Virus record (IMG/VR): IMGVR_UViG_2855308460_000004 | Strand: one strand, 5' to 3' | Length of the DNA: 64,000 nt | DNA from: a virus | Taxonomy: Duplodnaviria; Heunggongvirae; Uroviricota; Caudoviricetes | In this document: one piece after another, positions 17,413 through 26,325 of the stretch | Layout of the letters: every line of letters begins with the position of its first letter | Numbering within the stretch: the stretch's first letter is position 1 | Position numbers and translations under genes: made by a program | Notes under the pieces: model-generated | What the model was told of the DNA's origin: nothing | Database searches by the model: none | Seen by the model: only the letters and a program-made list of their open reading frames with translations

Positions 17413-17832
17413 TTGGAGGTTGTAATGTATCATTTGATAAAGAAACATCAATACCTTGTAATTAGTATCTTATTTATGGTTGTCTTGAGAGGAATAGAGT
17501 TTGCGTTAGTAAATACAGGACATGAATTTGAAATGGTACTCCTTGATCCTATAGCATTCGCACTGCTGTATGTTTTGCTGGCAATAAAATGTAATATTAC
17601 GGATATAAGCAAGATAACATTTACTTTAATATGTCTCATTATGATGTATATAGTAAGCGAATCAATTTTTTTAGTTCCACATTCTTGGATTACTTATAAG
17701 GATAAGGGTTTTTTTGGAGGCCTTTACACATTAATGTATTCATTAACAATCCTGTATGATTGGATATATGTAATCGTGTGTTATTTAATAACAATTATAG
17801 TTAAATTAGTCATTAATAGACTGCGTCTGTAG
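17413..17832 (+). CDS. Small polytopic membrane protein (139 aa) between the two halves of array 2; its stop lies inside the next tRNA
   Basis: RBS ggaggt; four hydrophobic segments; TAG stop at 17830–17832, inside tRNA-Lys (17823–17895). Confidence 0.5.
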   Translation: MEVVMYHLIKKHQYLVISILFMVVLRGIEFALVNTGHEFEMVLLDPIAFALLYVLLAIKCNITDISKITFTLICLIMMYIVSESIFLVPHSWITYKDKGFFGGLYTLMYSLTILYDWIYVIVCYLITIIVKLVINRLRL

Positions 17833-17895
17833 CTCAGCTGGAAGAGCAGGTGGCTCTTAACCATCAGGTCCAGGGTTCGATGCCCTGCAGGCGCA
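17823..17895 (+). tRNA. tRNA-Lys (CTT)
   Basis: Anticodon arm ggtgg-ctCTTaa-ccatc. Confidence 0.8.
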
Positions 17896-17936
17896 TTTCT
17901 ATCCAATAGGAAAGATTCATGTGAATTATAAATTTA

Positions 17937-18010
17937 GGCGCTATAGTGGAATTGGTTATCACGCCAGACTCTCAATCTGGAGACTGCGAGTTCAAGCCTC
18001 GCTAGCGTCA
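17937..18010 (+). tRNA. tRNA-Glu (CTC)
   Basis: Anticodon arm ccaga-ctCTCaa-tctgg. Confidence 0.8.
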
Positions 18011-18013
18011 TAT

Positions 18014-18093
18014 GTCCATATGGTGGAACGGAATACACGCTCGGCTAAGAACCGGGTCCCAAGAGGATGTGGGTTCAAATCCCACTATGGACA
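18014..18093 (+). tRNA. Class II tRNA with anticodon loop ctAAGaa (Leu AAG; A34 is unusual)
   Basis: Perfect acceptor gtccata/tatggac; 12-nt variable arm; T-arm gtggg-ttcaaat-cccac. Confidence 0.5.
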
Positions 18094-18097
18094 TTAT

Positions 18098-18170
18098 AGC
18101 CCAATAGTTCAACTGGAAGAACATCAGTTTCTGAATCTGAATGTTGCAGGTTCGAATCCTGCTTGGGTTG
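18098..18170 (+). tRNA. tRNA-Gln (CTG)
   Basis: Anticodon loop ttCTGaa. Confidence 0.7.
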
Positions 18171-18193
18171 TCAAACAGAGTTTTTGATAATTT

Positions 18194-18275
18194 GCCCATA
18201 TGGCGTAATGGCAGACGCTGTGGACTTAAAATCCACTGGATTCATTCCGTGCCGGTTCGAGTCCGGCTATGGGTA
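18194..18275 (+). tRNA. tRNA-Leu (TAA), second copy
   Basis: Perfect acceptor gcccata/tatgggt; anticodon arm gtgga-ctTAAaa-tccac. Confidence 0.8.
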
Positions 18276-18283
18276 TTTATTTT

Positions 18284-18355
18284 GGCATCTTCGACAAGTT
18301 GGTAAGTCGCAGGTATTTCAAACCTGAGTCACTGGTTCGAATCCAGTAGATGTCA
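18284..18355 (+). tRNA. tRNA-Glu (TTC)-like (loop atTTCaa, A32)
   Basis: Acceptor ggcatct/agatgtc; T-arm actgg-ttcgaat-ccagt. Confidence 0.5.
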
Positions 18356-18358
18356 TCA

Positions 18359-18429
18359 GCTTTCATAGTTTAAAGGTAGAACAGCTGCCTCGTAAGCAGT
18401 CAATGACAGTTCGATTCTGTCTGGAAGCT
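18359..18429 (+). tRNA. tRNA-Thr (CGT)
   Basis: Anticodon arm gctgc-ctCGTaa-gcagt; T-arm gacag-ttcgatt-ctgtc. Confidence 0.7.
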
Positions 18430-18430
18430 T

Positions 18431-18591
18431 TCCTATAGTCGCTGTGGTACGGACACAGACGCCATCGCAGGTCATAGTGGCGGAGCAAGGACGAGTCGAA
18501 ACGATGACGGTATTAGACAGTCTAAATAGAGCAAAGGCAGATTGCTTGCGTAAAGAGGTGAGTCTTAGCGGACAATTCCTCGCTATAGGAA
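18431..18591 (+). ncRNA. ~160-nt structured element between tRNAs, closed by a 9-bp stem (tcctatagt…gctatagga); unclassified
   Basis: Long-range inverted repeat plus internal hairpins (gcaaaggcagattgcttgc, cgaaacg loop); no ORF. Confidence 0.3.
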
Positions 18592-18676
18592 TACTATATA
18601 TTTTTGACCGTTTGTGGAGCTGACTTTTTGGTATGTGAGGTTAGTGGTGACAATGAGGAGGAGGGCATTGTCATTA

Positions 18677-18757
18677 GCTCGTATGATGGAAAGGAAGACA
18701 TGGCTGACTCAAAATCAGCTGCCGATAGGCGTAAGGGTTCAAATCCCTTTATGAGCA
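18677..18757 (+). tRNA. tRNA-Leu (CAA)
   Basis: Anticodon arm gctga-ctCAAaa-tcagc; class II. Confidence 0.75.
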
Positions 18758-18763
18758 TGCAAT

Positions 18764-18843
18764 GTTCATGTGGCGGAATGGAATACGCGTGCGGCTCAGA
18801 ACCGCATGGTTATACCTTGTGGGTTCGAATCCCACCATGAACA
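18764..18843 (+). tRNA. tRNA-Leu (CAG)
   Basis: Perfect acceptor; anticodon arm tgcgg-ctCAGaa-ccgca. Confidence 0.8.
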
Positions 18844-18846
18844 TCT

Positions 18847-18918
18847 GCCTTTATAGGCTAATGGACAAACTGCCTGACTTCGAATCAGGTGTTATGAGTT
18901 CGAATCTCATTAAAGGCA
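18847..18918 (+). tRNA. tRNA-Arg (TCG)
   Basis: Anticodon arm cctga-ctTCGaa-tcagg. Confidence 0.75.
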
Positions 18919-18922
18919 CTAA

Positions 18923-18994
18923 GTTCCTGTAGGCTAATGGATAAACCATCCGGCTACGAACCGGCAATTGGGAGTTCGAATCTCTTCAGGAACA
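18923..18994 (+). tRNA. tRNA-Arg (ACG)
   Basis: Perfect acceptor gttcctg/caggaac; anticodon loop ctACGaa. Confidence 0.75.
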
Positions 18995-18998
18995 TGAA

Positions 18999-19077
18999 GC
19001 CCGCATGGTGGAATGGAAGACATGCCTGACTTAGGATCAGGTGCGAAAGCGTGAGGGTTCAAATCCCTCTGTGGGTA
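18999..19077 (+). tRNA. tRNA-Leu (TAG)
   Basis: Anticodon arm cctga-ctTAGga-tcagg; variable arm tgcgaaagcgt. Confidence 0.8.
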
Positions 19078-19085
19078 TAAATAAA

Positions 19086-19108
19086 GGAGACAATTGTCTC
19101 CTTTTTTA
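19086..19108 (+). terminator. Intrinsic terminator closing tRNA array 2
   Basis: ggagacaattgtctcc + TTTTTT. Confidence 0.7.
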
Positions 19109-19196
19109 TTGAGAATCTTCATAAACAATTTTTGATTATTCATATATAAGAAAAAATAACATAATTAATTATATTAAAGACTAAAAGGAGAAAATA

Positions 19197-20147
19197 ATGA
19201 TGAGCGAAAATAAATATATCAATAAACTATTTTTAATGGACAATTTGGAATTGTTAAGGTCACTTCCATCCAATTCAATTGACTTGATTTTTTGCGATAT
19301 CCTTTATAACACTGGAAAGACATTTGATGATTATGAAGATAAACTTGGAAATGCAAAGGAGGCTATGGAATGGTATGAACCAAGATTAAAAGAGATGTGG
19401 AGGGTGATTAAGGACACAGGCGCTGTATACCTTCATTGCAATTACCGCTTGGTACACTATTTGCGTGTAAAATTGGATGAGATATTTGGCATAGATTCAT
19501 ATCGAAATGAAATTATTTGGCATCAGGGCAGTTGGAAGAATTATAGTAATAAGAAACTAGAATCCGCACATGAAAGTATGCTTTTTTACGCAAAACCAAA
19601 TCATACAATTAATGAACAGTTGGCAAGAGGATATACCGATGTTTGGACCATAGACGCCCTGAACCAAAATGATAGAATTAATGAAAAGGTTGGATATGAA
19701 GGGCAAAAACCAATTGAATATATTGAGCGGGTCATAAAAATTAGTAGCAAACCAGGTGATTTGGTTGCTGATTTCTTTTTGGGAAGTGGAACTACATGTG
19801 TTGCAGCAAAAAAGTTGGGAAGAAATTATTTAGGCTGTGATATTAATCCAAGAGCAATTGAATTAACAATGGAACGTTTGGATGATTTAGATCACAAAGA
19901 AAACATAGTAAAACATACTATGACCAACCTAAAAGACTGTCCAATTGGTTTGTTTTACTTGATTTTAGGAGATGGAACTGATCAACTTTGCGTGAAAACC
20001 GAGTATATTACCAGCAGCGGTGGTATCGAAGCATATATCGTTGAGTCAGGTGAATATCTTTCTTGTAATGGGCTGACTAGTTCATTAGAAGGATGCGAAA
20101 AAATTAAGGTAATACCAGTTAATATAACAACCTCAGAAAGGGTATAA
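19197..20147 (+). CDS. Beta-class N6A/N4C DNA methyltransferase-like protein with DILY in place of the DPPY motif
   Basis: IDLIFCDILYNTG where motif IV is expected; FxGxG SAM motif DFFLGSGTTCVAA downstream; ~100-aa C-terminal extension. Confidence 0.6.
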   Translation: MMSENKYINKLFLMDNLELLRSLPSNSIDLIFCDILYNTGKTFDDYEDKLGNAKEAMEWYEPRLKEMWRVIKDTGAVYLHCNYRLVHYLRVKLDEIFGIDSYRNEIIWHQGSWKNYSNKKLESAHESMLFYAKPNHTINEQLARGYTDVWTIDALNQNDRINEKVGYEGQKPIEYIERVIKISSKPGDLVADFFLGSGTTCVAAKKLGRNYLGCDINPRAIELTMERLDDLDHKENIVKHTMTNLKDCPIGLFYLILGDGTDQLCVKTEYITSSGGIEAYIVESGEYLSCNGLTSSLEGCEKIKVIPVNITTSERV

Positions 20148-20159
20148 GGAGAAAATAAA

Positions 20160-20378
20160 ATGAAAGCTTTATTAATTTCAACGGATGGTTATTCAATTCA
20201 AACAAAAAAGTGTGATTCTATTCAGGAAGCACAAAAAATAATGAGTGACGAATATAAAGACGCATACCCAGAAGTAAATGATGAAAGTTCAGAAGAAATG
20301 AGTTCTATTTCAGAACGTGATGCAATTTTGTATGCAAATGGAGAAAATGTATTTGTTTGGTCTATTGTAGAAATTTAA
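20160..20378 (+). CDS. Small acidic hypothetical protein (72 aa)
   Basis: ORF with RBS. Confidence 0.4.
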   Translation: MKALLISTDGYSIQTKKCDSIQEAQKIMSDEYKDAYPEVNDESSEEMSSISERDAILYANGENVFVWSIVEI

Positions 20379-20475
20379 GAGAAGGATAAAACCTTCTCTT
20401 TTTAATTCTTCAGTAAAAATAGCATTATATATAGGAACAAGAAAACAAGGAGTTGAATATAGAAAAGGAGAGAAA

Positions 20476-21183
20476 ATGGAAAAAGATATAGTTTGTGTTT
20501 GTGAAATCGCACAAGATATTGATGATTTAATAGCTCTTGATTTTTTAAATAGAAGTAATCGGTTAAAAGGAGTAGTGCTTGATCCGCCTCCCAAAACTAG
20601 AGAAGACTGGACAAGAGTTGAAAGAATCAAATCATTAGGAATTGAAATTTATAAGTCCATTCCTTATTGTAAGGCTATTTTTGTTGGAGGTGCGTTTACA
20701 AGTGTAGCGAGATATTTATTAATGAACAAAGTAGAATACATAATTGCAAATGGAGGATTTGTAGGTGCAAACATAGTACCGGAAGATAAACAGTTAAAAA
20801 AGTTTAAAGGAAAAACTCATGTCAGAACTTTTAATTTCTGCTTAGATGTGGATAGTGCTTTAAAAGTCTTAGGTAGTAAAAATGTGGAACATATTTTATT
20901 GGTTGGAAAAAATGTATGCCATGATGAAAAAAATACTTTATCAGGAATATGGAAAGATGAAAATTGGATTCGAGAATATAAAATATCTGAGACAAAACGT
21001 CTTCATGATGTCTTGGCTTATGCGGAAGGGCTTGACTACATAGATGGCATAAAAAGTAAAAGGCTAAATTACCAGCCTGTGGAACCAGAGGCTGTAGACA
21101 TAGCTGGAAATAAAACAAAATTTGGTAGTATACCGTTGGATTCCAGTCACATTCTGGCAGCAACAACATGGAAAATAGCATAA
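20476..21183 (+). CDS. Hypothetical protein (235 aa)
   Basis: ORF with RBS aaaaggagag. Confidence 0.5.
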   Translation: MEKDIVCVCEIAQDIDDLIALDFLNRSNRLKGVVLDPPPKTREDWTRVERIKSLGIEIYKSIPYCKAIFVGGAFTSVARYLLMNKVEYIIANGGFVGANIVPEDKQLKKFKGKTHVRTFNFCLDVDSALKVLGSKNVEHILLVGKNVCHDEKNTLSGIWKDENWIREYKISETKRLHDVLAYAEGLDYIDGIKSKRLNYQPVEPEAVDIAGNKTKFGSIPLDSSHILAATTWKIA

Positions 21184-21207
21184 ACTAATTATGAAAGGAA
21201 GATATGT

Positions 21208-21867
21208 ATGGATATTTATTTAATTCGTCATGGTGAATCAATCATGAACACAGGAGAAAATACAAAAATTGGAGCAATTGATAATAAAGTCTGGCTCACT
21301 GAAAAAGGGAAAGAGCAAGCAAAAAGATCAGCAGAATTTTTAAAAGAATACTTAGAATATGATTGCAATGGTACGGCTAAAACTGGAATATGGGTTAGTC
21401 CATATAGTAGAACGCGTGAAACTTTTAATATATTCAAGTCAATTATCGACTTCCAGGATATGGGTGCTGTATGTAAAGAAGATATTCTTTTAGCAGAACA
21501 GGAATTTGGATTATTTGACTCTGTACCAGAAGAAAATTGGAGTGATGAGTTTCCAAAAGAATATACGTATTACAAGAAACTGAAAGAAAACCAAGGCAAA
21601 TTTTACGCAAGGTGCCCTATGGGTGAAAGTCCAAAAGATGTTGCAATTAGGTGCCGTATATTTTTTGATACAATCTGGAGAGATTATGATAAGCATCATA
21701 TTGACAAGCTCTTTATATTTACACATGGGACAGTGCTTCGTTCTTTTGTAATGGCTTGGCAGCACTATACACCAGAATGGTATGAAGCAGAAAAAAATCC
21801 AGGCAATTGCTGGATTAGAAGGATTAGTAACAACAAGGACATGGGTTATATATACAAAGGAGAATAA
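21208..21867 (+). CDS. Histidine phosphatase superfamily protein (PGAM-like)
   Basis: N-terminal LIRHGES catalytic motif. Confidence 0.65.
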   Translation: MDIYLIRHGESIMNTGENTKIGAIDNKVWLTEKGKEQAKRSAEFLKEYLEYDCNGTAKTGIWVSPYSRTRETFNIFKSIIDFQDMGAVCKEDILLAEQEFGLFDSVPEENWSDEFPKEYTYYKKLKENQGKFYARCPMGESPKDVAIRCRIFFDTIWRDYDKHHIDKLFIFTHGTVLRSFVMAWQHYTPEWYEAEKNPGNCWIRRISNNKDMGYIYKGE

Positions 21868-21868
21868 T

Positions 21869-22681
21869 ATGTTTTTTTTACTTCAAAAGGAAGAGAAATA
21901 TAACAATCTGGATTTAGAAACATTTATCGTCAAAGATATCCTTGAGCACAATAAATTTATGGATGAATATATTTTCTATTCAAAAGATGATTTTGTTTTA
22001 GATGGACTTTGTGAATATCCAAGATATATAAAACAAGCGATTCCTGTGGGAACAATAGATTTTGTTGAAGCCTGGCTGTATCGATTCCACAAAATCGACT
22101 GTATTAACCCAATTGAGATTCCACCTTGCTTAAGAAAGGAAGAATTCCTAAAGAGAGAATATAGAATTGTAAGGAAAGAGAATCTTCCAACTGCAGGGCA
22201 AATTTTTTTTAAGGATGCATCAAGATTGAAAGTTTTTTCGGGAGAAATTAATTGCGAGACATTTTTTACAGATGATTTGTGGAAACCGAAACAGAATGAT
22301 GTTGATACAACACTTCACTTGGATCCAGAGCATTTATTTCAGGTATCAGAGATTGTGAATATAAGAAGTGAATATAGAATATATATACAGGATAATATCA
22401 TCCAGGCCATCGCAAATTATAATGGAGCTCCTTGTTTGTTGCCAGATGTTGAGTTACTGCAAAAGATGATAAATATCTATTCCATGCAGTACGATTGCCC
22501 AAAAGCTTATACAATGGATGTCGCAGTTAATGAAAAGGGAACATTCCTTTTAGAAATACATCCATGGATAGCAGTAGGATTATATAATAGTCTGTGGAGC
22601 AGAAATTTGTTATATGCATATAGAGATGGCATACAATATGTTTTGGATTTTAATACAGAGATAGAAGAGTGGAACAATTAG
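21869..22681 (+). CDS. ATP-grasp-like hypothetical protein (270 aa)
   Basis: YRIYIQDNII and MDVAVNEKGTFLLEIHPW resemble ATP-grasp C-terminal motifs; start placed at the ATG after RBS aaaggagaa. Confidence 0.35.
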   Translation: MFFLLQKEEKYNNLDLETFIVKDILEHNKFMDEYIFYSKDDFVLDGLCEYPRYIKQAIPVGTIDFVEAWLYRFHKIDCINPIEIPPCLRKEEFLKREYRIVRKENLPTAGQIFFKDASRLKVFSGEINCETFFTDDLWKPKQNDVDTTLHLDPEHLFQVSEIVNIRSEYRIYIQDNIIQAIANYNGAPCLLPDVELLQKMINIYSMQYDCPKAYTMDVAVNEKGTFLLEIHPWIAVGLYNSLWSRNLLYAYRDGIQYVLDFNTEIEEWNN

Positions 22682-22709
22682 GCGAAATATTTAATAGAGG
22701 AGAAAAACT

Positions 22710-23915
22710 GTGTTCGAGTTAAAAGGAAAATATAATAAGTGCAAAATCTTTACGGACGATGTAGATGAGGATTGTATAAGGCAATTAATTTCGCTGCTGA
22801 ATCAAGAGAGTTTACAAGACTCAATAATAAGGATTATGCCGGATGCGCATGCTGGAGCGGGATGTGTGATAGGTACAACAATGACCATTACAGATAAAGT
22901 TATTCCCAATTTAGTTGGCGTTGATATAGGTTGTGGTATGCGTACAGTGAGACTCAAAGAAAAACGGATTGAATTACCAAAATTAGATAGCATAATTCGT
23001 AAGAACATTCCTTCAGGTGGAAGTATACATGACAAATTCAATCAACTTCAATATGCAAGACGATTTGATATTGAACGCCTTCGCTGCATAGGAAAAAATA
23101 ATTGCAAAGTAAGTGAAGACATTGCTGCTTGCAGTATTGGAACACTTGGCGGCGGAAATCATTTCATTGAAGTCGACAAAGATGAAGATGGTAACTTATA
23201 TCTGGTTGTTCATACTGGAAGCCGTAGGCTTGGTAAAGATGTTGCTGAATACTATCAAAATAGGGCCTATGAGGAACTAAATTGTGTTGCCACCTATTAC
23301 AAAGAAATTAAAAAGAAGGATAGGCGGGAAAAGTGGGAAAGACCTGATCCAAGTAAATTGCCATCTGTTCCATATGAATTAGCATACTGTGAAAATGAAT
23401 TGTTGGCTGATTATATCCATGATATGGAGGTTGTGCAGGAATATGCATTTTGGAATCGGAAAGCTATTGCGAATACGATTTTAAAGGAAATGAAACTTCA
23501 TTCAGTAGAAGAATTTGAGACAGTCCACAACTATATTGATACTGAATATATGATTCTTAGAAAAGGTGCCGTCTCAGCAAGGAAAGTTGAAAAAATTTTA
23601 ATCCCGATAAATATGCGTGATGGTTCTTTACTTTGTATGGGAAAAGGAAATGAGGATTGGAATTATTCCGCACCACATGGAGCTGGCCGCTTGATGTCAA
23701 GAAGTCAGGCAAAAGAAAATATTACATTATCAGCATTCAAGAAAACAATGAAGGAGGCAGGTGTTTATAGTACATCGGTGACACGAGATACCATTGATGA
23801 GTCACCATTTGTATACAAACCCATGGAGGAGATTGTAGAAAACATAAAGGATACAGTAGAAATCATAAATGTAATTAGACCAATCTATAATTTTAAAGCT
23901 AGTGTGAAAGAATAG
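22710..23915 (+). CDS. rtcB: RtcB-family RNA ligase (GTG start)
   Basis: MPDAHAGAGCVIG and GGGNHFIEV metal-binding motifs. Confidence 0.8.
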   Translation: MFELKGKYNKCKIFTDDVDEDCIRQLISLLNQESLQDSIIRIMPDAHAGAGCVIGTTMTITDKVIPNLVGVDIGCGMRTVRLKEKRIELPKLDSIIRKNIPSGGSIHDKFNQLQYARRFDIERLRCIGKNNCKVSEDIAACSIGTLGGGNHFIEVDKDEDGNLYLVVHTGSRRLGKDVAEYYQNRAYEELNCVATYYKEIKKKDRREKWERPDPSKLPSVPYELAYCENELLADYIHDMEVVQEYAFWNRKAIANTILKEMKLHSVEEFETVHNYIDTEYMILRKGAVSARKVEKILIPINMRDGSLLCMGKGNEDWNYSAPHGAGRLMSRSQAKENITLSAFKKTMKEAGVYSTSVTRDTIDESPFVYKPMEEIVENIKDTVEIINVIRPIYNFKASVKE

Positions 23916-23997
23916 TATAAAGAGTATCTTCGGATACTTTTTATCATTTAAGGGAAATACACATTATATAGTTATAAAATTGAAAGGATGAGAATGT

Positions 23998-24162
23998 ATG
24001 AAGAATGTTTGTGAAAGATGTTCTCTTTATAAGACATGTAATGGAATTAAACATGATCCAAATGAATGTGAATGCATTGAAAATTTTTATGATCAATTTT
24101 TAGATTCTGATGATGACTTAATATGGGAGGAGAAATCGATGAATACTGTTGAAGCTGCATAA
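23998..24162 (+). CDS. Small Cys-rich protein (54 aa)
   Basis: C-x2-C…C…C-x-C pattern; below the ORF-track length cutoff. Confidence 0.3.
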   Translation: MKNVCERCSLYKTCNGIKHDPNECECIENFYDQFLDSDDDLIWEEKSMNTVEAA

Positions 24163-24381
24163 AGAGGTAGGTACAAAACTAAAAAAGCCATTATTATACT
24201 ATATGAATTCATAAGTTATACAGTTTAATTGCAGATTCCGAATATGGATTCTACATACGAAGAAAAGAAAACAATGGATGTAAATATTATATATTAAACA
24301 GGGTTATCCCTGTTTTTCTATTTTCTATCATACATAAAGAAATACATACTATCTTTAATAAGAGAAAAAGGAGAAAAATAA

Positions 24382-24687
24382 ATGAAAACTTTGATTGATA
24401 TCATTATCGGAATTTTAATATGGCAGCTTTTATCAACAATATTATTATATTGGAATGATGATTCAAACACATTCAAGATTATCTTATGCGGAATTCCATT
24501 ATTGTTTCTTTGGGTGATAGGGTATCCGTTTAGAAAGACAGATTTCTTTAACCGTATAAGATATTTTCGGTGTAGTAAGAAAATAACTGAAAACGGAAAG
24601 ACGGAAGCAAGGGAATACTACTGCACCGTACATGATGAACGCCATGTATGTGTTTATAGTCCAGGAGATAAAAAAAGTATCGGATGA
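24382..24687 (+). CDS. Small membrane protein (101 aa)
   Basis: Two TM segments; RBS aaaaggagaaaaa. Confidence 0.45.
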   Translation: MKTLIDIIIGILIWQLLSTILLYWNDDSNTFKIILCGIPLLFLWVIGYPFRKTDFFNRIRYFRCSKKITENGKTEAREYYCTVHDERHVCVYSPGDKKSIG

Positions 24688-24961
24688 GCAAGGAGTGGTT
24701 TATTCAAAATACAAGATATGTAACACGAAAAGAAATTAGAAGAGAAGACCTTAAATACTGGAAGGACTATAGACCATTAGAGGAGGAAGACAAATGTATG
24801 AAGTAAGAAAGACTGATAAAAACAGACTGTGATTAAGCGAACTAGGGAAACGAACCTGTCAAACAGATTCGTTTTTTTATGGGATTGTTAGATGACAAAA
24901 AAATAAAACACATCATAATATAAATATCTATTATAAAAAATTGCCAAAGGAGGCCAATAGC

Positions 24962-25453
24962 ATGATTAGCCCTACATATGGAAATGTGTCAATTAAACAA
25001 ATGGCTGATATTTTAAATTCCTATTATCAAAATAACAAACATTTTGAGTCTGAATTTAGCTTAACAATCGGAACAGACAGTCAAAATTTTTCATATACGA
25101 AAGTGGTTATTGTCGTAGCAATGCGTTGCATTGGTCATGGAGGAATTTACTTTTATGAAATTAGCCATGTTGATAAGATTCAAAATGTAAAGCAGAAACT
25201 TAATTTTGAGACCAGCCTAAGTTTGGACATGGCGAATTCTATCATGGACATATTTGAAGACAATCAAGATTATGAAGATCTGTACTTAAATTCAAATTTT
25301 GCAATCCATGTAGATGCTGGCCATAGTCCAGAAGGAAAAACAAAAGAAGTAATTCCTGAAATAGTGGGATGGATTAAAGCTTGTGGATATGAATGTGTCG
25401 TTAAGCCAGATTCATATACAGCAAGTTCAATTGCAGATAGAATCAGCAAATAA
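24962..25453 (+). CDS. YkuK/DUF458-like RNase H-fold protein
   Basis: IGTDSQ motif; ~165 aa; RBS aaggagg. Confidence 0.4.
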   Translation: MISPTYGNVSIKQMADILNSYYQNNKHFESEFSLTIGTDSQNFSYTKVVIVVAMRCIGHGGIYFYEISHVDKIQNVKQKLNFETSLSLDMANSIMDIFEDNQDYEDLYLNSNFAIHVDAGHSPEGKTKEVIPEIVGWIKACGYECVVKPDSYTASSIADRISK

Positions 25454-25478
25454 AAACGGATAAATCCGTTTTTATTTT
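25453..25478 (+). terminator. Intrinsic terminator
   Basis: aaacgga-taaa-tccgttt + T-run. Confidence 0.6.
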
Positions 25479-25529
25479 ACTCTCTTATTAAGTTATGATA
25501 TAATGGATAAAAGAAAATGGGAGGATAAT

Positions 25530-26279
25530 ATGCTTCTAAAAATAACAACAAAATGCAATATGAACTGCAGCCATTGCTTTAATTCTTGCTCAGCCAATGG
25601 TATTAATATGAGTTGGCCTGATATTACATCATCAATTGATTTTATTAACAGGGTGAGAGCTAAATGCTTAATATTGACAGGCGGTGAACCTACTGAACAC
25701 CCGGATTTTATAGATGTGACAAAATACATATGTAAAAATACAAAGGCTGTTATTAAAATTATTATTGCCTCAAACGGAATTTATTTTGAGAAAAATCCAT
25801 TAGTTGTGAAAGAATTATTGGCATATGATTCTCGAATTAGTATTCAAGTAACAAATGTTCCTGAATATTATCCTATTAGTATAGATGAAAATAATGAAAT
25901 ATACAAATTAGATAGAGCTTTATTATGCAGGAAAATTGAAAGCATGTATCCTCAAGGAAACGCTTTAAAGAATAATTATAAGTGGAGTGCAAAGTGTTCC
26001 AAATGTTTTAATTTTATTTCGATTATGAATCAACTTAAGAAGAAGAGCATTGAAGAAACCATATATACATTAGAATCTAATTTTAAATTCTGTACACCTC
26101 AGATTGATGCAGATGGAACTCTGAAGCCAGGAGAGAGCAGCTTGTGTAAGGGCGTTGGAACAATACATGATGACGAGGCTATATTGGTCCATAATATTTT
26201 AAATTTCAGATGTGAACAGTGTGATTTTATCAATAAAAACTTGCCTAAATCATATCAGCAACTAATAAATATAAAATAA
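25530..26279 (+). CDS. Radical SAM domain protein
   Basis: CNMNCSHC (Cx3Cx2C) and LTGGEPTEHPDF. Confidence 0.65.
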   Translation: MLLKITTKCNMNCSHCFNSCSANGINMSWPDITSSIDFINRVRAKCLILTGGEPTEHPDFIDVTKYICKNTKAVIKIIIASNGIYFEKNPLVVKELLAYDSRISIQVTNVPEYYPISIDENNEIYKLDRALLCRKIESMYPQGNALKNNYKWSAKCSKCFNFISIMNQLKKKSIEETIYTLESNFKFCTPQIDADGTLKPGESSLCKGVGTIHDDEAILVHNILNFRCEQCDFINKNLPKSYQQLINIK

Positions 26280-26325
26280 TTCGAATGACTGTTTCCTGAA
26301 TCTACTTCTATCATATTATCTAAGG

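Noticed and set aside
16926-17451. Minus-strand ORFs 16926..17150, 17018..17221, 17152..17451
   Set aside because: They overlap tRNA-Lys and tRNA-Cys or the adjacent non-coding spacer on the opposite strand; no RBS; Trp/Cys-rich tRNA-derived translation.
17921-18199. ORFs 17921..18187 (+) and 18008..18199 (−)
   Set aside because: They overlap tRNA-Glu, tRNA-Leu and tRNA-Gln.
18604-18840. 78-aa + ORF
   Set aside because: It translates across tRNA-Leu(CAA) and tRNA-Leu(CAG).
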